64,000 nt of DNA, from NCBI GenBank assembly GCA_051984395.1, contig JBPYEZ010000123.1, positions 3,227-67,226 of the forward strand. Reading direction: 5' to 3'. The DNA comes from Acidimicrobiales bacterium (GTDB taxonomy: Bacteria; Actinomycetota; Acidimicrobiia; Acidimicrobiales; AC-9). The position numbers and the translations under genes are program-made. Below are positions 17,595 to 28,358 of the stretch, piece after piece. The notes under the pieces are model-generated. The model ran no database searches. It saw nothing but the letters and a program-made list of their open reading frames with translations, and had not been told where the DNA came from. The stretch's first letter is position 1; each line of letters starts with the position of its first letter.

Positions 17595-18779
17595 TCAGCG
17601 CTCCCGGGGCAGGCCCAGGACTCGCTCGCCCAGGATGTTGCGCTGGATCTGCGAGGTGCCGGCGGCGATGGAGAGCGAGAGGGCGTGCACCCAACCGTGG
17701 ACCTGCTCGCCGCTGCCAACGGCCCCGATATCGTCGAACGAGAGCCCCGCCCGGCCAAGGATCCGCATGGCGAGGTCACCGAGGCGGTGACGCACCTCGG
17801 AATAGTGCAGCTTGAACACCGATCCTCCGACGCCGGGCACGCCAGTCCGGGACGCCTGGGTGACGTTCCGCTTGGTCAGTGACCAGAGGGCGTCGAGATC
17901 GGCCGCCAGGTGTCCGAGCTCGCGCCTGACCCCGCTGTCGTCCCAGGGGTGGACCCCGTTCCCGGTCGACCGGGCGATCGCGACCAGGCTCTCCAGCAGC
18001 TCCATCGACTGCAGCAGCTCGCTCACCAGCGCGGTGCCTCGCTCGAAGCTGAAGGTGACCATGGCCACCCGCCAGCCGTCGTTCTCGGCGCCGACCCGGT
18101 TGGTCACCGGGACCCGCACCTCGTCCAGGAACACCTCGCTGAACTCGGCCGACCCGTAGATCGTGCGCAGCGGGCGGACCTCGACGCCGGGGCTGTCCAC
18201 GGGCAGGATCAGCCAGGAGATCCCCCGGTGCTTGGGCGCGTCCGGATCCGTACGGACCAGCAGCTCGCAGAAGTCGGCCACCTCGGCGTGCGAGGTCCAG
18301 ATCTTCTGCCCCGTCACCACGTAGTCGTCGCCGTCGCGCACGGCGCGGGTGCCCAGGGAGGCGAGGTCAGACCCCGCCCCGGGCTCGGAGAAGCCCTGGC
18401 ACCAGACCTCGTCGCCGCGCAGGATCGGTGGGAGATAGCGCGATCGCTGCTCGGGCGTGGCCTCGGCGATGAGGGTGGGACCGGCGTGCAGCAGCCCCAC
18501 GAAGTTGACCCCCACGTAGGGGGCGTGGGCACGCTCGGTCTCCTCCAGGAACGCAAGGTGCTCGGCCGGCGAGGCACCCCGGCCGCCCAGCTCCTTGGGC
18601 CAGTTGATGCCCGCGTAGCCGGCATCGAACAGCATCCGCTGCCACGCCGTGTCGTAGGCGCGGCGCCCCGGCCAATCGTCCAACGCCGGAGGCGAACCCA
18701 CCGTGGGCAGCACCCGGTCGAGCCATGTCTTGAGGTCCGCTCGGAACCGCTCCTCGCTCTCGGAATAGCGAAGGTTCAC
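17595..18779 (-). CDS. Acyl-CoA dehydrogenase family protein (394 aa)
   Basis: GTGA overlap with the upstream SDR stop. WCQGFSEPGAGSDLASL and IAAGTSQIQRNILGERVLGLP are present; AAG replaces the usual YEG. Confidence 0.9.
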   Translation of the reverse strand: MNLRYSESEERFRADLKTWLDRVLPTVGSPPALDDWPGRRAYDTAWQRMLFDAGYAGINWPKELGGRGASPAEHLAFLEETERAHAPYVGVNFVGLLHAGPTLIAEATPEQRSRYLPPILRGDEVWCQGFSEPGAGSDLASLGTRAVRDGDDYVVTGQKIWTSHAEVADFCELLVRTDPDAPKHRGISWLILPVDSPGVEVRPLRTIYGSAEFSEVFLDEVRVPVTNRVGAENDGWRVAMVTFSFERGTALVSELLQSMELLESLVAIARSTGNGVHPWDDSGVRRELGHLAADLDALWSLTKRNVTQASRTGVPGVGGSVFKLHYSEVRHRLGDLAMRILGRAGLSFDDIGAVGSGEQVHGWVHALSLSIAAGTSQIQRNILGERVLGLPRER

Positions 18780-19543
18780 TCGAAGCCCGGGAACGAGAGC
18801 CCTGCGGTCATGCCGCCCTCGATGAGGAACTCGGACCCCGTCGAGTACGAGCTCTCGTCCGACGCGAGGAAGGCGACCAGCCGGGCCACCTCGTCGGGCC
18901 TGCCGATCCGCCCGATCGGCTGGTGTCGGTAGGCGGCGTCCTTGTTGGACTGGTCCACCTGGTCGAGCGCCAGCATGGGGGTGTCGATGCCACCGGGATG
19001 GACGGAGTTCACGCGGATGCCGAACCGACCCAGCTCGAGGGCAGCGGACTTGGTCATGCCCCGCACGGCGAACTTGCTCGCCGTGTAGGCGGTCGCGCCC
19101 GCCATGCCCTCGAGACCCTGGGTCGAGGAGATGTTCACGATGGCGCCACCGCCCGCCGCCTTGAGCGCCGGGATGGCCGCCTTCATACCGAGGAAACAGC
19201 CGAACTGGTTGACCTCGATGACCTGGCGGTACTCCTCGAACGAGGTCCGCTCGATGGAGCCGAAGCGGAGGATCCCGGCGTTGTTGACGAGCACGTTCAG
19301 CGTCCCGAACCGGCTCGTCGCCGCCTCGACCGCCCCTTCCCAGTCGTCGGGGCGGGTGACGTCGAGATGGACGTAGGCAGCCGCGTCCCCGATGTCCACG
19401 GCCAGCTTCTCTCCTCCACCGTCGAGCACGTCGCCGACCACGACCTTGGCCCCCTCGGCGGCGAAGAGCCGGGCCTCGGCCTCGCCCTGGCCCCGGGCCC
19501 CGCCGGAGATGAGCGCCACCTTCCCGTCCAGTCTGCCCACGAC
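18776..19543 (-). CDS. SDR-family oxidoreductase (3-hydroxyacyl-CoA / hydroxysteroid dehydrogenase-like)
   Basis: LISGGARGQG, NNAG, and the catalytic YTASKFAV are present. GTG at 19543 follows GAGAGGAAGG; ATG at 19582 or 19603 are in-frame alternatives. Confidence 0.88.
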   Translation of the reverse strand, partial: VVGRLDGKVALISGGARGQGEAEARLFAAEGAKVVVGDVLDGGGEKLAVDIGDAAAYVHLDVTRPDDWEGAVEAATSRFGTLNVLVNNAGILRFGSIERTSFEEYRQVIEVNQFGCFLGMKAAIPALKAAGGGAIVNISSTQGLEGMAGATAYTASKFAVRGMTKSAALELGRFGIRVNSVHPGGIDTPMLALDQVDQSNKDAAYRHQPIGRIGRPDEVARLVAFLASDESSYSTGSEFLIEGGMTAGLSFPGFE

Positions 19544-19636
19544 AGCCCTTCCTCTCTCGGACCAGCCTCCCGGTCGCGGCATTCGCTCCTCACGGTCGCT
19601 CATTTCCTGACACAGCGTCAATCCGGGCCGGGACTC

Positions 19637-19654
19637 GCCCCAGGCGCCTGGGGC
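19637..19654. promoter_or_regulatory. Perfect 18-bp palindrome in a divergent promoter region
   Basis: GCCCCAGGC|GCCTGGGGC lies between the SDR-ACAD operon and the CoA-transferase gene. The sequence is certain; the function is unknown. Confidence 0.3.
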
Positions 19655-19675
19655 GCCACCGATAGTGTCGGCGGC

Positions 19676-20806
19676 GTGAGCGACGGGCCTCTCGCCGACA
19701 TCCGGGTCATCGACTGCTCCGGCCTGATCGCGGCGCCCGGCTGTGCGCGGTACCTGGCCGACTTCGGTGCCGATGTGATCAAGGTGGAGCGACCCGACGG
19801 GGGTGACCCGGCGCGCGACCTGGGCTGGCGCGACACGAGGGACGGCGTGTCGTTGTGGTGGAAGCTCGAGGGGCGCAACAAGCGGTGCGTGACCCTTGAC
19901 CTCAAGTCGACCGACGGGCGCCAGGCCATGCTCGGTCTGTGCGACGACGCCCACGTGCTCGTCGAGAACTTCCGACCGGGCACCCTCGAGCGGCTGGGCC
20001 TCGGACCGGACGTGCTGCTGGCGCGCAACCCGCGGCTCGTCATCACCCGCATCACCGGGTTCGGCCAGGACGGCCCCTACGCCGGCCGTCCGGGCTTCGC
20101 CACCCTGGCCGAGGCCATGTCGGGCTTCGCCGCCATCAACGGCGAGCCCGAAGGCGCGCCGCTGCTCCCTCCGGTCGCCCTCACCGACGAGGTGACCGCG
20201 CTCGTCGGCGCGTTCGCCACCATGGTCGCCCTGCACTCCGGGGTCGGTCAGGTGGTCGACGCCAACCTGCTCGAATCGATGCTCCAGGTCATGGGTCCGC
20301 TGCCGGCGGCCTACGCCGTGCTCGGCTACGAGCAGCCTCGCCTGGGGTCTGGCATCCCGTACAGCGTCCCGCGTGGCACCTACCGCTGTGCCGACGGATC
20401 GTGGGTGGCGATCAGCACCTCGTCGGAGCCGGTCGCCCGACGCCTCCTGGACCTGGTCGGGCTGGGTGACGACCATCGCCTGCGCACCAACGCAGGGCGC
20501 GCCGCGCACCGCGAGGAGGTCGACCGCGCCGTCGGTGACTGGATCGGCGCCCGGGCCATGCCGCAGGTGCTCGGCTCACTGAACGCGGCCGACGTCGCCG
20601 TGGCCCCCGTCATGGGCATGGCCGACATCCTCGGCGATCCCCATGTGACCGCCCGCGGTGCCGTGGGCGACGTGGAGGGCACTCCGATGCAGGGCGTCGT
20701 CGCCCGTCTCTCAGCCACGCCCGGCCGTATCCGCTGGTCCGGCCGGCCACTGGGTGCTGACAACGAGGAGGTGCTGGGCCGACCCCGCCTGCCGGGTCGG
20801 CCTTAG
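19676..20806 (+). CDS. Family III CoA-transferase (CaiB/BaiF; racemase-like)
   Basis: GTG at 19676. IRVIDCSGLIAAPGCARYLADFGADVIKVERP and ENFRPGTLERLGLG are present. Confidence 0.9.
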   Translation: MSDGPLADIRVIDCSGLIAAPGCARYLADFGADVIKVERPDGGDPARDLGWRDTRDGVSLWWKLEGRNKRCVTLDLKSTDGRQAMLGLCDDAHVLVENFRPGTLERLGLGPDVLLARNPRLVITRITGFGQDGPYAGRPGFATLAEAMSGFAAINGEPEGAPLLPPVALTDEVTALVGAFATMVALHSGVGQVVDANLLESMLQVMGPLPAAYAVLGYEQPRLGSGIPYSVPRGTYRCADGSWVAISTSSEPVARRLLDLVGLGDDHRLRTNAGRAAHREEVDRAVGDWIGARAMPQVLGSLNAADVAVAPVMGMADILGDPHVTARGAVGDVEGTPMQGVVARLSATPGRIRWSGRPLGADNEEVLGRPRLPGRP

Positions 20807-21690
20807 GCCTCGAGGAACCGCCGCACGCCGAGGGCCGAACCACCGGCTCCGACGACGACTCCCACGAACAGCACGAAGAGCTCGGTGAAGAACAGATCTC
20901 GGCCCGAGACGACGATCGACTGGAACAGGGTGACGTCATAGTGCTGCACCGAGTACTGGAGCAGGAAGCTGACGACCGCGACCACAGCTGCGGCCACGAT
21001 CGCCCCGGCCAACCCTTGGATCACGCCCTCCAGCATGTACGGCACCCTGATGAACCAGTTCGTGGCGCCCACGAGCTTCATCACGGTCACCTCTCGCCGT
21101 CGGGCGAAGATCGCCATCCGGATGGCGTTCAGGATGAGCACCGCCGCCGCTATCAGCAGGACGACGGCGACGCTCAAGAGGACCGCCTGGGCGATCCCGG
21201 TGACCCTGAGCAGGGTGTCGACCGACTGCTTGGCGTACACGACGTTCCTGACCCCGGGGTAGGACCTGACCGCGGATCCCACCTGCTCGACGTGCTGGGC
21301 GTCGCGCGCCACGACGCGGAACGACGGCGGCAGGTCAGCAGCGGTGGCACTCTGCACCAGGTCCGGCTGGTTGGCGAACATCGTGCGGAACTCGCTGAAG
21401 GAGCACGTCTGGTTGCAGTAGGTGGTCCGCTTGACCTCCTGCATCGCCCCCAGCCGCTGCGCCACGGCCTGGGTCTGATCGAGGGGCGCCTGGGGCTGCA
21501 TGAAGACTGCCAGCTGGACCCCGCCCTTCCAACGCGTCGTGGCGGTGGACACTCCCTGCTTGAGCAGCAGCGCCGAACCGACGAGTGAGAGGGAGACGGC
21601 GACCGTGAGCACCGCGGCCACCGTCATCAGTCGGTTGCGCCACAGGTTGGTGCCCGTCTCTCGGGCGACGTAGTCGAGCGACAGGGCCAT
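20803..21690 (-). CDS. ftsX: Cell-division ABC transporter permease FtsX
   Basis: YVARETGTNLWRNRLMTVAAVLTVAVSL and the FtsX C-terminal TM bundle are present. It lies directly downstream of ftsE. Confidence 0.92.
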   Translation of the reverse strand: MALSLDYVARETGTNLWRNRLMTVAAVLTVAVSLSLVGSALLLKQGVSTATTRWKGGVQLAVFMQPQAPLDQTQAVAQRLGAMQEVKRTTYCNQTCSFSEFRTMFANQPDLVQSATAADLPPSFRVVARDAQHVEQVGSAVRSYPGVRNVVYAKQSVDTLLRVTGIAQAVLLSVAVVLLIAAAVLILNAIRMAIFARRREVTVMKLVGATNWFIRVPYMLEGVIQGLAGAIVAAAVVAVVSFLLQYSVQHYDVTLFQSIVVSGRDLFFTELFVLFVGVVVGAGGSALGVRRFLEA

Positions 21691-22448
21691 CAGCGCAGTC
21701 CCTTGACCCCGGTCGAGGTCGGCTCGATCACGGTCCTGTCGTCGACCAGCTCCTCGAGCTGACCCTCGGGGGCGTCGTAGGCGCCCTCGTCCTCGTCGCG
21801 GACGACGATGCCGTCCTCGAGCTCGATCACCCGCCGTCGCATGGTGTTGACGATGGCGTCGTTGTGGGTGGCCATGAGAACCGTCGTGCCCGTCCGGCTG
21901 ATGCGGTCGAGGAGCTTCGTCACGTCGGCGCCGCCGCCGGGATCGATGTTGCCGGTGGGCTCGTCGGCCAGGAGGATGAGAGGCCGGTTCACGAAGGCGC
22001 GGGCGACCGCCACACGCTGCTGCTCCCCGCCCGAGAGCTCACCGGGCAGGCAGTCCCACTTGTCCCCGAGGCCGACCAGGTCGAGAGCCTGGGGAACCTG
22101 GGACGCCACCACGGACTTGGGCCGGCCGATGACCTCGAGCGCGAAGGCCACGTTGGCGAACACCGACTTGCTCGGCAGCAGGCGGAAGTCCTGGAAGACG
22201 CAGCCGATGTTGCGCCGGAGGTACGGCACCTTCCAGTGCCGCAACCGGCCGATGTTCCAGCCCGCCACCCAGATCTGCCCGCGATCAGGGACTTCCTCGC
22301 GCAGGATCAGGCGGATGAACGTCGACTTCCCGGCCCCGGAAGGACCGACGAGGAAGACGAACTCGCCCCTGCCGATCTCAACCGAGCAGTCGCGAAGGGC
22401 GCTGACGGATCCCTTGTAGGTCTTGCTGACGTTGTCCAGTCGGATCAT
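21690..22448 (-). CDS. ftsE: Cell-division ATP-binding protein FtsE
   Basis: ATG at 22448. [34 protein letters not shown] and [10 protein letters not shown] are present. An acidic C-terminal tail of about 30 aa follows. Confidence 0.93.
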   Translation of the reverse strand: MIRLDNVSKTYKGSVSALRDCSVEIGRGEFVFLVGPSGAGKSTFIRLILREEVPDRGQIWVAGWNIGRLRHWKVPYLRRNIGCVFQDFRLLPSKSVFANVAFALEVIGRPKSVVASQVPQALDLVGLGDKWDCLPGELSGGEQQRVAVARAFVNRPLILLADEPTGNIDPGGGADVTKLLDRISRTGTTVLMATHNDAIVNTMRRRVIELEDGIVVRDEDEGAYDAPEGQLEELVDDRTVIEPTSTGVKGLR

Positions 22449-22551
22449 AGATATCCACGGAGCAGCGCCCTCCCGCGCCGAACAGCGCCGGCCACTTGCG
22501 AGTAGGGACCCTAGCATCCCCCGCGGGGCGCACCGCCAATTGGCGGACTGG

Positions 22552-23658
22552 CTAGGTGTCCCCCTGGGCCCGCCGCCAGCGGAGGAATGACTCCATGAAC
22601 CCGTCGAGGTCGCCGTCGAGCACAGCATCGACGTTCCCTGTCTCCTCGTTGGTCCTGAGGTCCTTCACCAGCTGGTACGGCGCCAGGACGTACGACCGGA
22701 TCTGGTTGCCCCAGGCCACGTCGGTCTGCGGTCCGGAGATGGCGTCGAGCTCCGCCTGGCGCTCCTCCCGTTGCCGATCGGCGAGCTTGGCTCCGAGGAT
22801 CTGAAGCGCCTTGGCCTTGTTCTGGTGCTGGCTGCGCTCGTTCTGGACCGAGACGACGATGCCCGTGGGCAGGTGGGTGATGCGCACAGCCGAGTCGGTG
22901 ACGTTGACGTGCTGTCCGCCGGCGCCGGACGAACGGTAGGTGTCCACCCGAAGGTCCTTCTCGTCGATGTCGACGGTGGACACGTCGTCGAGGAAGGGCG
23001 TGGCATCGAGCGACGCGAAGCTGGTCTGACGCCGCTTCTGGGCGTCGAACGGTGACATGCGCACCAGACGGTGCACACCACGTTCGGCCGCCAGCAGGCC
23101 GTAGGCGTACCGGCCCCGGACGATGAACGTGGCCGACAGGATGCCGGCCTCCTGGCCGGGCGACACCTCGTCGACCTCGACCGAGAAGCCGCGGCGCTCG
23201 GCCCAGCGCAGGTACATGCGCAGCAACATCTCGGCCCAGTCCTGGGCGTCGGTGCCGCCGGCTCCGGCGTGGATCTCCGCCACCGCGTCCCGGTCGTCGT
23301 GCTCACCGGAGAACAGTGAACGCAGCTCGAGGGCGTCGAGCTGGCGTCCGAGGTCGGCCACCGCCTCGGCCAGCTCCGGCTCCACCGACGCGTCGCCCTC
23401 CTCGACGGCCAGCTGGTACAGGGTCTCGGCGTCGGCCAGCCGGGCGTCGAGGCCGGTCACCAGCTCGACGTCGCCGCCCACCCGACCGTAGGCCGTGGTG
23501 GTGGCCCGAGCCGCGTCGGGGTCGTCCCACAGGTCGGGCCGTCCCACCTCGGCCTCCAGCGCCGACAGGCGGGCCTGGAGCCCCGCCAGGTCCAGGTAGG
23601 TCTTGGCCTCCTCGAGACGCTTGCGCAGGGTGGCCAGGTCGTCAGCGAAGTCGCGCAC
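22552..23658 (-). CDS. prfB: Peptide chain release factor 2
   Basis: SPF tripeptide (RMSPFDAQ) and GGQ (SGAGGQHVN) are present. It is a single uninterrupted frame with no programmed +1 frameshift site. Confidence 0.95.
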   Translation of the reverse strand: MRDFADDLATLRKRLEEAKTYLDLAGLQARLSALEAEVGRPDLWDDPDAARATTTAYGRVGGDVELVTGLDARLADAETLYQLAVEEGDASVEPELAEAVADLGRQLDALELRSLFSGEHDDRDAVAEIHAGAGGTDAQDWAEMLLRMYLRWAERRGFSVEVDEVSPGQEAGILSATFIVRGRYAYGLLAAERGVHRLVRMSPFDAQKRRQTSFASLDATPFLDDVSTVDIDEKDLRVDTYRSSGAGGQHVNVTDSAVRITHLPTGIVVSVQNERSQHQNKAKALQILGAKLADRQREERQAELDAISGPQTDVAWGNQIRSYVLAPYQLVKDLRTNEETGNVDAVLDGDLDGFMESFLRWRRAQGDT

Positions 23659-23694
23659 CGGCCACTCCGAGCCGCCGGACGCGGGGCCGCGGCC

Positions 23695-26469
<2,775 letters not shown>

Positions 26470-26552
26470 CGTCAGCCCAGTGTACTGGGGGCCCTGCTCA
26501 CTTCTGGGCGGGCGACGGCCCCCTCCCGCCGGAGCGCGCTCCGGCACTCCTC

Positions 26553-26626
26553 CGGTTCCACCTATTGTCGAAAGTTCGCGCCGCGCTGAACGAGATCCGG
26601 CCCAATTTCGAGAATACGTGGAACCG
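26553..26626 (-). other. Long imperfect inverted repeat (stem-loop) in the secA 5' region
   Basis: CGGTTCCACcTATTgTCGAAA (26553-26573) pairs with TTTCGAgAATAcGTGGAACCG (26606-26626). That gives 19 bp with two 1x1 mismatches and a loop of about 32 nt. It is AT-richer than its surroundings and lies 84-157 nt upstream of the secA ATG. Confidence 0.4.
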
Positions 26627-26689
26627 CGGAGATCCGTGCCTCTGCGCCTCCCTCCGCTCACTGGCGGGCTGGAGGACTGAGGGAGCGAC

Positions 26690-27388
26690 CTAGCGGTCTT
26701 CAGCCTCGATGAGGCGCTCGCGGACGGCGTAGATGACCGCTTGCATCCTCGAGTGGAGGTGGAGCTTGTCGAGGATGTTGTGGACGTGGTTCTTGACGGT
26801 GTTCTCCGAGATGTACAGCGAGTCGGCGATGTCCCGGTTGCTCATCCCCCGGGCCACCAGCTTGAGCACCTCGAGCTCCCGGCCCGTCAGCTCCGGCGGG
26901 GGGACCTGGGGTCGCTCCTCGGCCCGCCTGACCAGGGAGTTGAACTCGGTGAGCAACTTGGACGCCATCGAGGGCGAGATGAGGCTCTGGCCCTGGACGA
27001 CGGCGCGGATGGCGTCGGCCACCTCCTCCACCGAGATCTCCTTGAGCAGGTAGCCGTTGGCCCCCGCCTTCACCGCCTCGTAGAGGTCCTCCTCCTCGTC
27101 GCTCACGGTGAGCATCAGGATCCTGGTCGACGGGGTCACCGTGCGTATGGTGCGCGCCGCCTCGATGCCGTTGACCTGCGGCATCCGCACGTCCATCAGC
27201 ACCACGTCGGGAGCGAGCTCCTCGGCCTTGGCGACCGCCTCGGCCCCGTCCTCGGCCTCGCCCACGACCTCGATCCCACCCTCGGTGCCCAGCACCACGT
27301 ACAAGCCCCGGCGGAACAGCGCCTGGTCGTCCGCGATCAGCACGCGGATGACCTGGCCGTCCTGTCCCGAGATCTGGTTGTCGACCAA
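26690..27388 (-). CDS. NarL/LuxR-family response regulator (no cognate kinase in window)
   Basis: The receiver domain shows LIADDQ, DVVLMDVRMP and GYLLKE. The HTH is LTGRELEVLKLVARGMSNRDIADSLYISENTVKNHV. The TTG start is uncertain. Confidence 0.9.
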   Translation of the reverse strand: MVDNQISGQDGQVIRVLIADDQALFRRGLYVVLGTEGGIEVVGEAEDGAEAVAKAEELAPDVVLMDVRMPQVNGIEAARTIRTVTPSTRILMLTVSDEEEDLYEAVKAGANGYLLKEISVEEVADAIRAVVQGQSLISPSMASKLLTEFNSLVRRAEERPQVPPPELTGRELEVLKLVARGMSNRDIADSLYISENTVKNHVHNILDKLHLHSRMQAVIYAVRERLIEAEDR

Positions 27389-27404
27389 GACTCCCCCCGT
27401 CGTG

Positions 27405-27980
27405 TCAGGTGGTATCGATTAGTCCGATTTGACCGTCCTTCCGCCGGTATACCACCGCGGCACGGCCCGTTTCAGCATTGGTGAACAGGATGAACCCCCG
27501 GCCGAGCAGGTCGAGCTCCAGCGCCGCCTCCTCCGGGGTCATGGGCTTGGCATCGGATTGGACCGTCCGGATGATGCGCGGCTGCTCGTCCGCTACGTCC
27601 TCCTCGTCGCTGTCGTCGTCCAACACTGCGGCCGACGCCTCGGGACCGGGCACCCCTCCGGCGTGGCGGCGAGGGTGGGACCGTCCGATCAAGCGCCCCT
27701 TCAGCTTCTCCATCCGGTGCTCGAGCTTGTCGACCACCCGATCGACGGCGGCGAAGGTGTCGGTCGCCGCCGCCCTGGCCCGCACGATGTGACCATGGCC
27801 CACCACGGTCACCTCGCACACCTCCTTGTCGGCGATGCGCGGATTGCGCTCCTCGAGGAAGCGAACCTCGGCCCGCTCCATCGAGTCGAGGTAGCGCCCC
27901 AGACGGGTGACCTTCTCCTCCACGGTTGCCTTCAGCACCTCCGACACCTCGACGTTTCGGCCCTGGATCGAGATGTCCAC
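27405..27980 (-). CDS. hpf: Ribosome hibernation promoting factor, long form (RaiA/YfiA/HPF family)
   Basis: GTG at 27980 is preceded by AGGAGGAA. DISIQGRNVEVSEVLKATVEEKV matches the family. After an acidic linker comes the C-terminal dimerisation domain (KPMTPEEAALELDLLGRGFILFTNAETGRAAVVYRRKDG). Confidence 0.92.
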   Translation of the reverse strand: MDISIQGRNVEVSEVLKATVEEKVTRLGRYLDSMERAEVRFLEERNPRIADKEVCEVTVVGHGHIVRARAAATDTFAAVDRVVDKLEHRMEKLKGRLIGRSHPRRHAGGVPGPEASAAVLDDDSDEEDVADEQPRIIRTVQSDAKPMTPEEAALELDLLGRGFILFTNAETGRAAVVYRRKDGQIGLIDTT

Positions 27981-28029
27981 GTGCGTTCCTCCTGTGTCAA
28001 TGTGCGGGCCGCGAGCGGCTGACCTGGTC

Positions 28030-28325
28030 TTTGACCCCACACTCGCCTGCCGAGAGGGTGGCGGACGGGGCGCTGGCGGCCGGCTGGCCCCACAGCGCAC
28101 CCTGGCGCCCGCGTCGCCTCTTCGCCGCCGGTGCCGAGGATCGGCACGTCGGCGGGCAGGACTTACTCCTAAGCCGCACCATGCTCAGCAACCACGGGTT
28201 GCCTTACGTGGGTCGTTTCGCCTACGGCTGGCCTCGACTTGCAACCACAGACCCGCACGCAGCCCATACGAGAGTGTAGGACGTGCTGACGGGATGCGGC
28301 CTAGTCAGTACGTGCCAGTCGTCCA
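28030..28325 (-). ncRNA. Candidate structured ncRNA upstream of hpf (raiA-motif-like); boundaries approximate
   Basis: It sits in a 378-nt gap without a credible ORF, on the same strand as hpf, with a local GC dip. Visible hairpins are at 28131-28147 (GTGCCGA/TCGGCAC), 28159-28175 and 28188-28202 (GCAACC/GGTTGC). The call rests on context, not on a verified consensus match. Confidence 0.4.
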
Positions 28326-28358
28326 GTAAGCCCGGTCCGGCCCGGTGCAGGGCCGGGG

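Noticed and set aside
22552-23658. Looked for the programmed +1 frameshift site (CUU UGA C after ~25 codons) common in prfB
   Set aside because: The RF2 frame is continuous from the GTG at 23658 through the SPF and GGQ motifs to the stop. No in-frame UGA or short upstream ORF is present, so this prfB is not autoregulated by frameshifting.
27981-28010. Perfect TTGACA hexamer just upstream of the hpf ribosome-binding site, considered as a -35 element
   Set aside because: It ends 16 nt before the GTG start, leaving no room for a spacer, a -10 element and a leader. The 17-nt-downstream hexamer (gacatc) lies inside the coding region and is not -10-like. The match is probably fortuitous.
28337-28356. 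GC-rich hairpin (CCGGCCC-ggtgca-GGGCCGG) directly after the isomerase stop, considered as an intrinsic terminator
   Set aside because: No U-tract follows on the transcribed (minus) strand, and it starts only 2 nt after the stop codon. It may be a terminator of the U-tail-less type seen in Actinobacteria, or part of the downstream structured RNA. The evidence is insufficient to call it.
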